Shown here: positions 26,314 through 39,272 of the stretch, one piece after another
Position numbering within the stretch: the stretch's first letter is position 1
Layout: each line of letters opens with the position of its first letter
Assembly: GCF_001194135.2 (NCBI RefSeq)
Contig: NC_068990.1
Coordinates: 26,114,564-26,178,563, forward strand
Length of the DNA: 64,000 nt
Reading direction: 5' to 3'
Source of the DNA: Octopus bimaculoides
Lineage: Eukaryota
The notes under the pieces: generated by a model
Databases searched by the model: none
Seen by the model: the letters and a program-made list of their open reading frames with translations, nothing else
What the model was told of the DNA's origin: nothing
Translations under genes and position numbers: made by a program

Positions 26314-26602
26314 TAACTCAGCGATATTAATTGGAAACATAGGTAAACAAATAAAGTTTGATTATAAACATCAGAACATTTCTACGTGGATTCCATTGGT
26401 TACACACAACACACCTAGACAATGTTGTGTGGAAGTTGTAAAAATCACTTATGGACACTCTGTACTTAACGAAATTGATAAAGAACAATAAAAATTCACT
26501 GATGTTATATTGATATGGTCAGAATATTTTATGTGAAATATGTGTTTGGTGAATACTGGTCAATATTGCATCAATATTTGGCTGGAAACTTGAGTTTTAG
26601 CC

Positions 26603-26810
26603 TTAACCTTTTAACATTGAGATTATTCTATTAAACATCACTCATTTATTCACTTGAATTTATCCTGCATTATCTTGTAGCCTCAAGATTTTGATTGTGT
26701 GATAGTGTTTTTTTGTTTGTTTTTTTTTATTAACATTGTAAGGTGGTTGTGAGAGGCTGGATCTGGCTAGTTTGAACATAAAAACGGGATTTGACCTGTT
26801 TAAATGCTAA
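26603..26810. mobile_element. Degenerate TTAA-type (piggyBac-like) MITE; better copy at 57127-57346
   Basis: Shares gtgagaggctggatctggc...tttgaacataaaa and aaatgctaaa with 57127-57346. Confidence 0.55.
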
Positions 26811-28269
26811 ACCAGAGGCTGTCAAACGTTTTGGGCCACCACCACTCTCATGGCCACATAATACCCCCAGCACCCCCTATTTTTATGTATAAGTAAATAT
26901 TCTATATTTTACTAATTTATATATGAGTCATTTGATATTTAATATAATATTATATAATTTGTTGGTGGACCAGGTGGCTAGTCAAATCATCTAACCCATG
27001 CGTTCGCTTTCCATGCTAGCATGGAAAGCAGACGTTAAACGACGATGATGATGATGATGATGACTATAATAATAACATAATAAATTCATAGTGTCCCTCC
27101 ATCCACTGCTTTCCTCCCAACGCCTCCTTTTTCTCTACCGCCCTGTTAGGCACCAGCACCCACCTGGACCCTTTCAACGCCCACCAGGGGACGGGGTGGT
27201 AAAGCCCACTTTGAGAACCTATGTGCTAAATGGTAAATTGCTGAAAATTCAATCTCTTAATNNNNNNNNNNNNNNNNNNNNNNNNNNNNNNNNNNNNNNN
27301 NNNNNNNNNNNNNNNNNNNNNNNNNNNNNNNNNNNNNNNNNNNNNNNNNNNNNNNNNNNNNNNNNNNNNNNNNNNNNNNNNNNNNNNNNNNNNNNNNNNN
27401 NNNNNNNNNNNNNNNNNNNNNNNNNNNNNNNNNNNNNNNNNNNNNNNNNNNNNNNNNNNNNNNNNNNNNNNNNNNNNNNNNNNNNNNNNNNNNNNNNNNN
27501 NNNNNNNNNNNNNNNNNNNNNNNNNNNNNNNNNNNNNNNNNNNNNNNNNNNNNNNNNNNNNNNNNNNNNNNNNNNNNNNNNNNNNNNNNNNNNNNNNNNN
27601 NNNNNNNNNNNNNNNNNNNNNNNNNNNNNNNNNNNNNNNNNNNNNNNNNNNNNNNNNNNNNNNNNNNNNNNNNNNNNNNNNNNNNNNNNNNNNNNNNNNN
27701 NNNNNNNNNNNNNNNNNNNNNNNNNNNNNNNNNNNNNNNNNNNNNNNNNNNNNNNNNNNNNNNNNNNNNNNNNNNNNNNNNNNNNNNNNNNNNNNNNNNN
27801 NNNNNNNNNNNNNNNNNNNNNNNNNNNNNNNNNNNNNNNNNNNNNNNNNNNNNNNNNNNNNNNNNNNNNNNNNNNNNNNNNNNNNNNNNNNNNNNNNNNN
27901 NNNNNNNNNNNNNNNNNNNNNNNNNNNNNNNNNNNNNNNNNNNNNNNNNNNNNNNNNNNNNNNNNNNNNNNNNNNNNNNNNNNNNNNNNNNNNNNNNNNN
28001 NNNNNNNNNNNNNNNNNNNNNNNNNNNNNNNNNNNNNNNNNNNNNNNNNNNNNNNNNNNNNNNNNNNNNNNNNNNNNNNNNNNNNNNNNNNNNNNNNNNN
28101 NNNNNNNNNNNNNNNNNNNNNNNNNNNNNNNNNNNNNNNNNNNNNNNNNNNNNNNNNNNNNNNNNNNNNNNNNNNNNNNNNNNNNNNNNNNNNNNNNNNN
28201 NNNNNNNNNNNNNATTTAATATAATATTATATAATTTGTTGGTGGACCAGGTGGCTAGTCAAATCATCT

Positions 28270-28410
28270 AACCCATGCGTTCGCTTTCCATGCTAGCATG
28301 GGTTGGACGATTTGACTGGGGACTGGCAAACTAGAGGGCTGCACCAGACTCCAATCTGATCTGGCAAAGTTTCTACAGCTGGATGCCCTTCCTTATGCCA
28401 ACCACTCTGT
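28270..28410 (-). mobile_element. RTE 3' tail (minus)
   Basis: gctttccatgctagcatgggttggacgatttgactgggg...ggatgcccttccttatgccaaccactc. Confidence 0.8.
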
Positions 28411-29894
28411 GTTTCTTTCAATTAATTTTAAATATAACAAAGAATTTAGTAAAATAACTCAGTTATCATTCAGCTAGTGTTAGGAACATAAATTGTGACA
28501 AAGGTTTGATGGAAGATTTTGATTCAAAACTTATGAAAAGAAGACATTTGTACTACAGAGCCAGAGGCGGTTTCAGGCAGGTTGATATGGAAAGGGTTAA
28601 GCAATTCTGAGAGGCCCTTCCTCTAAAAAGCTGTTTGTCAGGGAATTCATTTGGAGTTGTTTGTCAGTCTACTGGTGTTAAAAGAAGAAATGTCCACTGC
28701 GTTGAGTTCTGCTATTTCCCTGGTACAACCTACTTTATCAAATCCAGATTAAAGAAGGGCAAAATTGGGTCTTACTGAACTAACAGAATTTTATCTTCTT
28801 AGAAATAGTTTTTGATTGTCAGCACAAGGCAAGCCAGTTTGAAGAGAGAAGCTTAGTCAATACCTTCAACTCCACTACTTCACTAGTTCTTTGTTTTATC
28901 AGCTGTAAAAAAGGATGAAAGGCAAAGTTGACCTCGGCAGGATTTGAACTCTGAATGTAAAGAGTTGGAACTAAACTCAGCAATGTATGTTTTTTTCACT
29001 GATGCTCTATTGATTCTGTCAATGTACCATCTTTTGCCAATACACTGTAATCACCCTTTAGAAATAATAAACAGAATTCTCATAGCAATGCTGTGAGCGA
29101 GTGAGAGAGGGAAAAAAAGAGACAGAGGATAATATATAAAAGAGAGAGAGGGAGAGAAAAAAGAATTGAGAATATATATAAAAGAGAGACAAAGACTAAG
29201 ATATAAGTATATATATATATATNNNNNNNNNNNNNNNNNNNNNNNNNNNNNNNNNNNNNNNNNNNNNNNNNNNNNNNNNNNNNNNNNNNNNNNNNNNNNN
29301 NNNNNNNNNNNNNNNNNNNNNNNNNNNNNNNNNNNNNNNNNNNNNNNNNNNNNNNNNNNNNNNNNNNNNNNNNNNNNNNNNNNNNNNNNNNNNNNNNNNN
29401 NNNNNNNNNNNNNNNNNNNNNNNNNNNNNNNNNNNNNNNNNNNNNNNNNNNNNNNNNNNNNNNNNNNNNNNNNNNNNNNNNNNNNNNNNNNNNATATATA
29501 TGGAAAGGCAGCAGCTGAAGGCGGTGGGGTTGGCAGAGGACTAAAGCCAAAGAAAGAGAAAAATGGAAGTAAGTGAGAAACATGAAGCTAGAAATGGTAA
29601 AATGAAGGACTGAACTGTTATGGAATAGGAGTGACACTAGTAAAAGCTTTTGACTCTCCACTCAATTATTTCTCGTAACTTTTACTACCAAACCATCAAA
29701 GAAATACTTCAAACACCTCGCAAAAAAAAAAAAAAAAATTCTGATATTCTGACCAAAGTATTTCTTAGAACTCATGGAAAAATAATTCCTGGATTATTGA
29801 GCTTTTTTTTTGGTTTTGTTTCTTTTGTAAAATACATTGATTTGACTGGGTTAGTCTCTGCCATTGTTGCTGCCTGCTTTTTATTTTATTCCAG

Positions 29895-29975
29895 GTTCAA
29901 CTTGATCAACCAGACCAATGGTTAAAGAGATTCTGCCTGCGACAACCTCGCATTTATGATATTTTTCAGACATAA
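29895..29975 (+). CDS. Candidate terminal coding exon VQLDQPDQWLKRFCLRQPRIYDIFQT*
   Basis: Good acceptor (ttattttattccag), open phase-0 frame, followed by ~0.9 kb of repeat-free sequence; no homology recognised. Confidence 0.25.
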   Translation, partial: VQLDQPDQWLKRFCLRQPRIYDIFQT

Positions 29976-30896
29976 GAACAGGTATAGCCGTGTTGTTTAA
30001 GATATTCATTTCAAACCAAATGGTTCAAGGATCATTCCTGCTTGCCCAAGATGCCATCCAAGTGTAATTTGGCCAAGCAGGATCAATCCCTGAATACAAA
30101 GTACCACTCTGGGGTACTGTGGAGAAATTTCTTTTGCTGTACCCTCTGGTTGACCAAAACCTTTTCTGTAAAATTTGGAAGACATCCACTTTTCCATGCT
30201 TGCATGAAATCAAACAGAAATTATTGAGCCAGATTTTTCTAAGACCGAATGTCTTTTTTGCTGCCAACTGTCATGTGTTTCTGGGTAAAGTAATATTCCC
30301 CTGCCCCCATGGCCAGGCATGTTCTTGCAGGACATTGGAAATGAAAAATATTGTTTGTACAATGGTGACACATTTAAAACCAAATGCAAATACAGGATAC
30401 AATATCAAGAGCAGTTAAAGGAAAAACAAACACCAGAACAATTGTCTTCCTGCAGACCACCACAGTCCACCTTGTCATTTCTTAGCTAGACCACATGCTG
30501 GTTAAGTAAGTCATGGTCATGCTCATGACAATATTGGCTTTGGTGTCCTGAAGACTCATGTGATGAGTCACCAGGCGAAGTGAAGGAATTGTAAATATTG
30601 ATGAAGGATAGGAATGGTAACATGAGTCTGTTGTTGATTGTCTACTTAGTTGGATTCTATTTTTACTCCTTTTTTTTTCTATCTTATCACTGAACATTCA
30701 TGCATAGTCTTTGATGCATATGTGGGCACAGGATGTCACGAAACGTGTACAAAAATAAAAAAGGTTCTAAGTACGAGTACATGGAACATGAACTATTCTT
30801 TTGAACAACGAAAGACTGAAATGGAAAACAAAACAAACAACATAAAGAACGACAACTTCATCAGTTGTTGGCTGTTTTTCTAGTCTCGTATTTCGA

Positions 30897-30935
<39 letters not shown>

Positions 30936-31301
30936 TACATATGTATTCTTTTCTCTGTTTCAGCTTTGAGGCTGCTGCCATGCTATACATATTTTTCATA
31001 TATAATTGAAGAAATTAGAGTCAACAAGAAGGAATACGGTTTGACAGTTATTTTGTAATCACTACAATTGTTTCCACACAACGTGGTTCTCCAAAAATAC
31101 AGGTATTTGATTATACAACTATTTGTTTGCATAATGAGATTCAGTTGTGTTTCCTCAGGTGATATTCAAGTGTTGTCTCTGTTAGTTTAAAATCTTTGAC
31201 TCCAAGGCCATCCTATCCGTCTGTCTTAGTTTGAATTTTGTAGCAGACGGTAGATTCATGTTGTTTGCTGCTAGAGTGTGTTTGTCAGACTGCTGTGAGT
31301 A

Positions 31302-31499
31302 GCAGTCATTAGACTGCAGCCATGCTGGGGCACTGCCCTGAAGAATCTTCGTCAAACAAATTGCCCCAGTACATTTTTTGGAAGCTTGGTACTTGTATTT
31401 TGTTGGTCTCTTTTGCCGAACCACTAAGCTATGGGAGCACACCAGCACTGGTTGTTAAGCGGTGTTGGGGGACAAACGCAAGCACAAAGAGAGAGGGAG

Positions 31500-31533
<34 letters not shown>

Positions 31534-31897
31534 ATAACGTCTTTCAGTTTCCATCTACGAAATCCACTCACATGGCTTTGGTCAACCCAGGGCTATAGTA
31601 GAACACACTTGCCCAATGTGTCATGCAGTGGGACTGAACCCAGAACCCTGTGGTTGGGAAGCAAACTTCTTACCACACAGCCATTACTGTGCCTACTACT
31701 ACTACTACTACTACATGTGCACACACACACACACACACACATGATGGGCTTTCACACTATTTCCATTTCCCAAATCCACTCACAAGGTTTTGGTGGCTCA
31801 GAGCAACGGCAAAAAATACTTGCCAAGGTGCCATGCAGTGGAACAGAACCTGAAACCATGAGGTTGGGAGACAAACTACTGAACCACACAGTAATGC
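31302..31897 (-). mobile_element. SINE family A copy (31302-31694) plus a second head (31745-31897)
   Basis: Reverse-complement homology to 25863-26313. Confidence 0.8.
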
Positions 31898-33012
31898 NNN
31901 NNNNNNNNNNNNNNNNNNNNNNNNNNNNNNNNNNNNNNNNNNNNNNNNNNNNNNNNNNNNNNNNNNNNNNNNNNNNNNNNNNNNNNNNNNNNNNNNNNNN
32001 NNNNNNNNNNNNNNNNNNNNNNNNNNNNNNNNNNNNNNNNNNNNNNNNNNNNNNNNNNNNNNNNNNNNNNNNNNNNNNNNNNNNNNNNNNNNNNNNNNNN
32101 NNNNNNNNNNNNNNNNNNNNNNNNNNNNNNNNNNNNNNNNNNNNNNNNNNNNNNNNNNNNNNNNNNNNNNNNNNNNNNNNNNNNNNNNNNNNNNNNNNNN
32201 NNNNNNNNNNNNNNNNNNNNNNNNNNNNNNNNNNNNNNNNNNNNNNNNNNNNNNNNNNNNNNNNNNNNNNNNNNNNNNNNNNNNNNNNNNNNNNNNNNNN
32301 NNNNNNNNNNNNNNNNNNNNNNNNNNNNNNNNNNNNNNNNNNNNNNNNNNNNNNNNNNNNNNNNNNNNNNNNNNNNNNNNNNNNNNNNNNNNNNNNNNNN
32401 NNNNNNNNNNNNNNNNNNNNNNNNNNNNNNNNNNNNNNNNNNNNNNNNNNNNNNNNNNNNNNNNNNNNNNNNNNNNNNNNNNNNNNNNNNNNNNNNNNNN
32501 NNNNNNNNNNNNNNNNNNNNNNNNNNNNNNNNNNNAAAAAACCCAATAAAATCATCCAAACTTTATTTTTTCTTCTGCATCGACTGAAGAAAGTCAATAA
32601 AATCGCTCAACATAAAAGTGAGTCCAATTCATTCATTTTTTTTTTTTATTTATATTCCCTTTTTTTTTTTACTTGCTAGTTTTGTTTTCTTTCCGTAAAG
32701 TATTTCAGAAAATTAAAAATGTTTTGTGTTTTCAGAGCTTAGACGTCAAGTGCTGACTTTATATTCATTTTTGCAATTTCAAATGCTGAGATGTTATTGA
32801 GACATGCATTACCTGAAGTATCTGGGGTATTCCTATAACCCCTCCCTAACACACACACACACACATGTATATACACATGCACACATGCTTATATGTATCA
32901 CCTTCTTCCCTACATCATTGCGCAATCCACCTGTAAACTTTGTTTTTGCTGTTTCTTGGGGTTATTAAGTATTTGGGTTTCTTCAACAATCATACACCCT
33001 TTTCTGATAGCA

Positions 33013-33064
<52 letters not shown>

Positions 33065-33116
33065 GTACGTATGTTGGATTCTAGGACTTGTACTGGTGAC
33101 ATGTTAGAAAATCATT

Positions 33117-33410
33117 CGAGCGAGGTCGTTGCCAGTGCCGCTGGACTGGCTCCCATGCAGGTGGCATGTAAAAAACACCTTTTTGAGCGTGGCCGTTGCC
33201 AGTACCGTGTGACTGGCCCTCATGTCAGTGGCATGTAAAAGCACCCACTACACTCTTGGAGTGGTTGGCATTAGGAAGGGCATCCAGCTGTAGAAACTCT
33301 GCCAAATCAGATCAGAGACTGGTGTATCCATCTGGTTCACCAGTCCTCAGTCAAATCGTCCAGCCCATGCTAGCATGGAAAACGGACATTAAACGATGAT
33401 GATGATGATG
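33117..33410 (+). mobile_element. RTE 3' UTR/tail with two GGTGGCA-GTAAAAAGCACC modules and (GAT)n end
   Basis: Homologous to 49980-50306. Confidence 0.85.
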
Positions 33411-33625
33411 CATGGATGTATGTGTTCCAAAGCTGGAGATCTTGGCCTTGCTTGATTCTGGACAACTTGGCTTTGTTGGTGAAAATCTTAACAGCGTTGT
33501 GCAAGTTTCTATTCACTTTAAACTTCAGTACAGACATCACTGAAAGCTATTGTCCTTTACACATAGCATGAGATAATTTGTCAGCAACGGTCATACTCAC
33601 ATAGCAGTTGACAGACACCATATAT

Positions 33626-33684
<59 letters not shown>

Positions 33685-33982
33685 AGTTTAATGGCATTCT
33701 AACTAATAAATGATGGGCACTACAGTGAGTCTTTTCTCGATAATTTGATTCTTTATATGTTTAACATTTTTCTTTCTTTTTTTTTGTGTAAAAATATGTT
33801 GATAATAAAATTGAGATAATTTTCATTGAAAAAAAATTTGAAACAAGTTATCTCTTTATCCACATTCTTGTACTTTGAAAAAGAAAAATGGATGGAGGTG
33901 GGAATTAAGCAGCTGAAGAAGGGGGTGGAGGGAGTAACGAGTTATACACCTGACACCAAATGGTGTGGGCAAATGTACATTG

Positions 33983-34264
33983 AAGGCGGTGAGCTGACAG
34001 AATTGTTAGCACACCAGGCGAAATGCTAAGTGGTATTTCGTCTGCTGCTACGTTCTGAGTTCAAATTCCACTGATGTCAACTTTGCCTTTCATCCTTTCG
34101 GGGTCGATTAAATNNNNNNNNNNAGGTCGACTTTGCCTTTCATCCTTTCGGGGTCGATTAAATAAGTACCAGTTATGCACTGGGGTTGATGTAATCGACT
34201 TAATCCCTTCGTTTGTTGTTGTTTGTCCCCTCTATGTTTAGCCCCTTGTGGGCAAAAAAGAATT
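33983..34264 (+). mobile_element. SINE family B
   Basis: aaggcggtgagctgacagaattgttagc head, gttcaaattcc, ctttgcctttcatcctttcggggtcgattaaataagtacc core. Confidence 0.85.
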
Positions 34265-35127
34265 AAATGTACCTCGTGGAGACAAGTGCAAAGGTATTGC
34301 TGCAGAGAATGGTAAGCGGCACTCACTACAACAGTCAGCCCACCTTGTAGCACTCATTTCTCTGATTGGCCCACAGTTATCTCGATTTTGCAAATTAATC
34401 AATTAATTAGTAACACCTGCCAGAAAAAGTAATACCTGTAAAATTTCATGTATTGTGGAAATTAGCAATAAATAAAATTCGGTGCTAATAAAATATTCAC
34501 AATTTGATGAATCCTCACAGCTTTATCTAAAATTCCTTATTAGCATTTAATGTGTGTTATATATTTTACCTGTCATCAAATATTTATCATATGAATCAGT
34601 GTTTATTATAGAATATTGTTTGTATTTAAATTAAGTCTACCTTCTTTGACTCAAGTTTCCATTTTGAACAAAATGGTAAATTCTAAAAAATATACTGAAA
34701 TATTATTATTGAATATGTAATGAAATAAAAACTTGATAAACGATATTATAAGGTATTGCTTTCTGGGCATTATCGACATTTTATTATCAAGATATTTTTT
34801 CCTGTATTTCGTTTCATTATCGGAAATACTACCGTTGATTTTAACAACACTTTTCTTTCATTATTTAAACAATGTTTTCACCTGTTTTTTTTATTTTATT
34901 TATTTATAATATTGCTGCTAAATTTAATGACATCTGGTAAATGTCAAATTATCATTTGANNNNNNNNNNNNNNNNNNNNNNNNNNNNNNNNNNNNNNNNN
35001 NNNNNNNNNNNNNNNNNNNNNNNNNNNNNNNNNNNNNNNNNNNNNNNNNNNNNNNNNNNNNNNNNNNNNNNNNNNNNNNNNNNNNNNNNNNNNNNNNNNN
35101 NNNNNNNNNNNNNNNNNNNNNNNNNNN

Positions 35128-35170
<43 letters not shown>

Positions 35171-35720
35171 CCACAACAATCCAGATGGAAATTAGACCTC
35201 CTCAAGCTTCATTGGTTATCTGGAATGTATTTCATTTGATATCAAATATACTCAGAATTATCCAATCAAATTTTCACATTTATTTCACAACGATAATGAG
35301 AGTTCAGATGTTATCTTTTAATCAGTTTCAAAGGTATATTTTATGTAATTAATAACACCTGGAAGAAGGTGCTTCTTTTCCACTCACCAAAGTGAATGGA
35401 ACTTTGGCCAGGAGGAATTGATGTCATCAGATGATATCCAACAATCATCAGCTGTTTTAACCCTGAACCGTATCAGCTTCACATTTGTAGGTTAGCAGAG
35501 ATGGCCAAATCACTGCTCATCATCTCCTCCAGGCTTCCAGCTTAATTCCTCCCTTTTGCTCTATAACCAGCAAGAGGCTCATTCTGGTGCCTCTCCCATC
35601 CTGCGCACAGCCACCCTTTGATCCTTTCCTCTCAGTTCAATTGCTATATACCTCAGTGTCTATTCAGGCACTGGTGTTGCTAATAACCAGTGGGCTTATT
35701 AAAAAATAATTAATGTCAAT

Positions 35721-35972
35721 AGAAGCAATATTAATCTCCAACTTAACATGGAGATTGTGTTAAAACACAGAATACTGTGTTATTTACCTAGATAAAATCT
35801 TTCATAAAAGGACTTGTGGCGCATAAAAGCACACAATTATATCACTGACAAATTGTCTGCTATGATCACCAGAACTTTCATAAGGACTGGAGAAATCCTC
35901 TCCAAGTAAATAACACAGTATTCTCTGCTCAGACTCAACCTTCATATTAAGCTGGAGATCAAGATTACTTCT
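35721..35972. mobile_element. MITE-like element with ~67-bp imperfect terminal inverted repeats
   Basis: 35721-35787 (agaagcaatattaatctccaacttaac...agaatactgtgttatttac) aligns to the reverse complement of 35906-35972; the inner 19 bp are identical. Confidence 0.7.
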
Positions 35973-37427
35973 CCTTTGGTATTATTTATGGGTTTAAGTG
36001 TAACACTTAATCCTCAAAATGAAACAAAATGGGAAAGTTGCAGGGAGTCACTGTGAGCCATTTGGTGTCAATTATACAACAAATTAGTTATTTTGTTATC
36101 TTATTGTATGTGAATGTTTCATAATATGTGTATGTATGTGGTATTTACTCAATGGACTGGCATCCTATCCAGGGGAATGTTGTGAGCTGTATCACATAAA
36201 TACCATGGAGAGCAGATCAGGTAACTGGCCTTTTAAGTCCTAGGGTTCAAGAAAAATGAATACTATTTTAGTGAGTGTGTGTATGTGAAGTATATGTGTC
36301 TGTGTAAAGTTTATACGCATGTGCCGAGGTGAGATTTTGTTCTGGTGTTAAACTGCATGTAATGTATACGCTTTTATGTGTGTGTGTGTTTGTGTGCATA
36401 CACACATACATATATGTATTCATACATGCACACACACACATACATACACACATACATACACACATACAAATGTGTGTGTGTGTGTGAGTTAAGTACATAT
36501 CTGTACAACTAGGAATATTTATCAGTGTAGCATTAAACATGACGGCAATATAAACTCTGCAGATCTCATTTTGACCAAAGTGGAATATTTTCAGACTGTT
36601 CAGGGATTTGTTCTAAGTATAAAGTTCCTGATAAGGACCTCACCTTTGCATGAATCACTCAAATAAAATCTAAAATCCTTTACATACCATTTTTTAAAAA
36701 ATCTCTTTCTTTTCTCTTTTTATGCTAAAATATGCTCTGTTGGGGGGTTTTATGGCTAAGATAAAAAAAAACCCCAAAAGCTTGTAAATTCCTGCTTGTT
36801 CTTAATGAGCCCTTTCAATACATTTGAAGTGAATTTCAAATTTGAATTTAGCTTGAAGAATATCACTTACCCTACAATGAAATCTAGAATCTCTTCAAGA
36901 AACTGATTCCAAAAATAGTCTTTCTTTTATATTTTGGAATTAGTGCCAAGAAATTATTCTATGTGGAGGAATTGGTTACCTGAGGAGATAGCTGAGATGA
37001 AGGCAACTAATTCTTGTGAATTAACCATGAAGATTTTTACTGTAAAATGTTATTAAACATTAGAAGCACCGAATGGAGAGGGAAAAGAGAAACAAGTCTA
37101 CTAGTTGGTCTTTTAATCATATCTGTCTATGATTAATGCTTGATATATGATTATCGATATAAGAGGGAAGTGGCTTAGTGTACAGGTTGTTGTGGGTTCG
37201 ATTCTTGCACCAGGCAGGAATCAAAGGTGTCACTTTCACACCTTTCAATTTCAATTGTCATTGAAAAACAACACAAGATCGTCACAGAATTCCCAATACT
37301 TTTAATACCAACCACAACAACATTATTTTCATTACGTGTGTATGTGTGTGTGTATATATTTTATGTATTTCTTTATTTTGCTTATGACAATTTTTTTTAT
37401 TCCTTTGTTATTCTAATTTCTTATGCC

Positions 37428-37479
<52 letters not shown>

Positions 37480-37492
37480 ATGTGTGTATATA

Positions 37493-37523
<31 letters not shown>

Positions 37524-37662
37524 ACACGTATATATATATATCATCATCATCGTTTAACGTCCGCTTTCCATGCTAGCATGGGTTGGACGACTTATATATA
37601 GATATAGATTGATAGATAGATAAATAAATAGATAAACAGATAGATACACATTATCCATACAT

Positions 37663-38043
37663 ATTCTTTTACTTGTTTCAGTCATTTCACTGCGACCATG
37701 CTGGAGCACTGCCTTTAGTCGAACAAATCAACCCCAGGACTTATTCTAGTACTTAATCTATCGGTCTATTTTGCTGAACTCCTTAGTTACAGGGAAGTCA
37801 TACACACCAACATCAGTTGTCAAGCGATGGTAGGGGGGGGGACAAACACAGATACACTCACAAATATATACATATACATATATATACGACGGGCTTCTTT
37901 CAGTTTCTGTTTACCAAATTCACTCACAAGGTTTTGGTCGGCCTGACACTATAGTAGAAGACACTTGCCCAAGGTGTTATACAGTGGGACTGAACCTAGA
38001 ACTATGTGGTTGGAAAGCAAGCTTCTTACCACACAACCACTCC
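37663..38043 (-). mobile_element. Full-length SINE family A (minus)
   Basis: Reverse-complement homology over both head and tail. Confidence 0.85.
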
Positions 38044-39272
38044 ACACACACACACACACACACACATTCATATAAGTATATATACATGTGTAGAACATAT
38101 ACATGCACACATGCTTACACATACTTCAGCAATAATTTATTAGTTCTGTTTCTTTGTAGTCTGTGAAAATACTCTTTCTACATTCTCATTCATTTCATTC
38201 ATCCATTTCATTTATTCATTTCTTCACTAATTCATTCAGATATTCATTTCTTCTTTTCACTCTCTTTTTCCAACTTCATTCACTCTCTCTCACGTATTTT
38301 TATTTCATTTACATCTTTACAATTGAAACAAGAAAATATTGGTAAACATGTACACATCAACATGTATATGTAAACATGTATACACATATAAACATGTATA
38401 TATATATAAACATGTACNNNNNNNNNNNNNNNNNNNNNNNNNNNNNNNNNNNNNNNNNNNNNNNNNNNNNNNNNNNNNNNNNNNNNNNNNNNNNNNNNNN
38501 NNNNNNNNNNNNNNNNNNNNNNNNNNNNNNNNNNNNNNNNNNNNNNNNNNNNNNNNNNNNNNNNNNNNNNNNNNNNNNNNNNNNNNNNNNNNNNNNNNNN
38601 NNNNNNNNNNNNNNNNNNNNNNNNNNNNNNNNNNNNNNNNNNNNNNNNNNNNNNNNNNNNNNNNNNNNNNNNNNNNNNNNNNNNNNNNNNNNNNNNNNNN
38701 NNNNNNNNNNNNNNNNNNNNNNNNNNNNNNNNNNNNNNNNNNNNNNNNNNNNNNNNNNNNNNNNNNNNNNNNNNNNNNNNNNNNNNNNNNNNNNNNNNNN
38801 NNNNNNNNNNNNNNNNNNNNNNNNNNNNNNNNNNNNNNNNNNNNNNNNNNNNNNNNNNNNNNNNNNNNNNNNNNNNNNNNNNNNNNNNNNNNNNNNNNNN
38901 NNNNNNNNNNNNNNNNNNNNNNNNNNNNNNNNNNNNNNNNNNNNNNNNNNNNNNNNNNNNNNNNNNNNNNNNNNNNNNNNNNNNNNNNNNNNNNNNNNNN
39001 NNNNNNNNNNNNNNNNNNNNNNNNNNNNNNNNNNNNNNNNNNNNNNNNNNNNNNNNNNNNNNNNNNNNNNNNNNNNNNNNNNNNNNNNNNNNNNNNNNNN
39101 NNNNNNNNNNNNNNNNNNNNNNNNNNNNNNNNNNNNNNNNNNNNNNNNNNNNNNNNNNNNNNNNNNNNNNNNNNNNNNNNNNNNNNNNNNNNNNNNNNNN
39201 NNNNNNNNNNNNNNNNNNNNNNNNNNNNNNNNNNNNNNNNNNNNNNNNNNNNNNNNNNNNNNNNNNNNNNNN

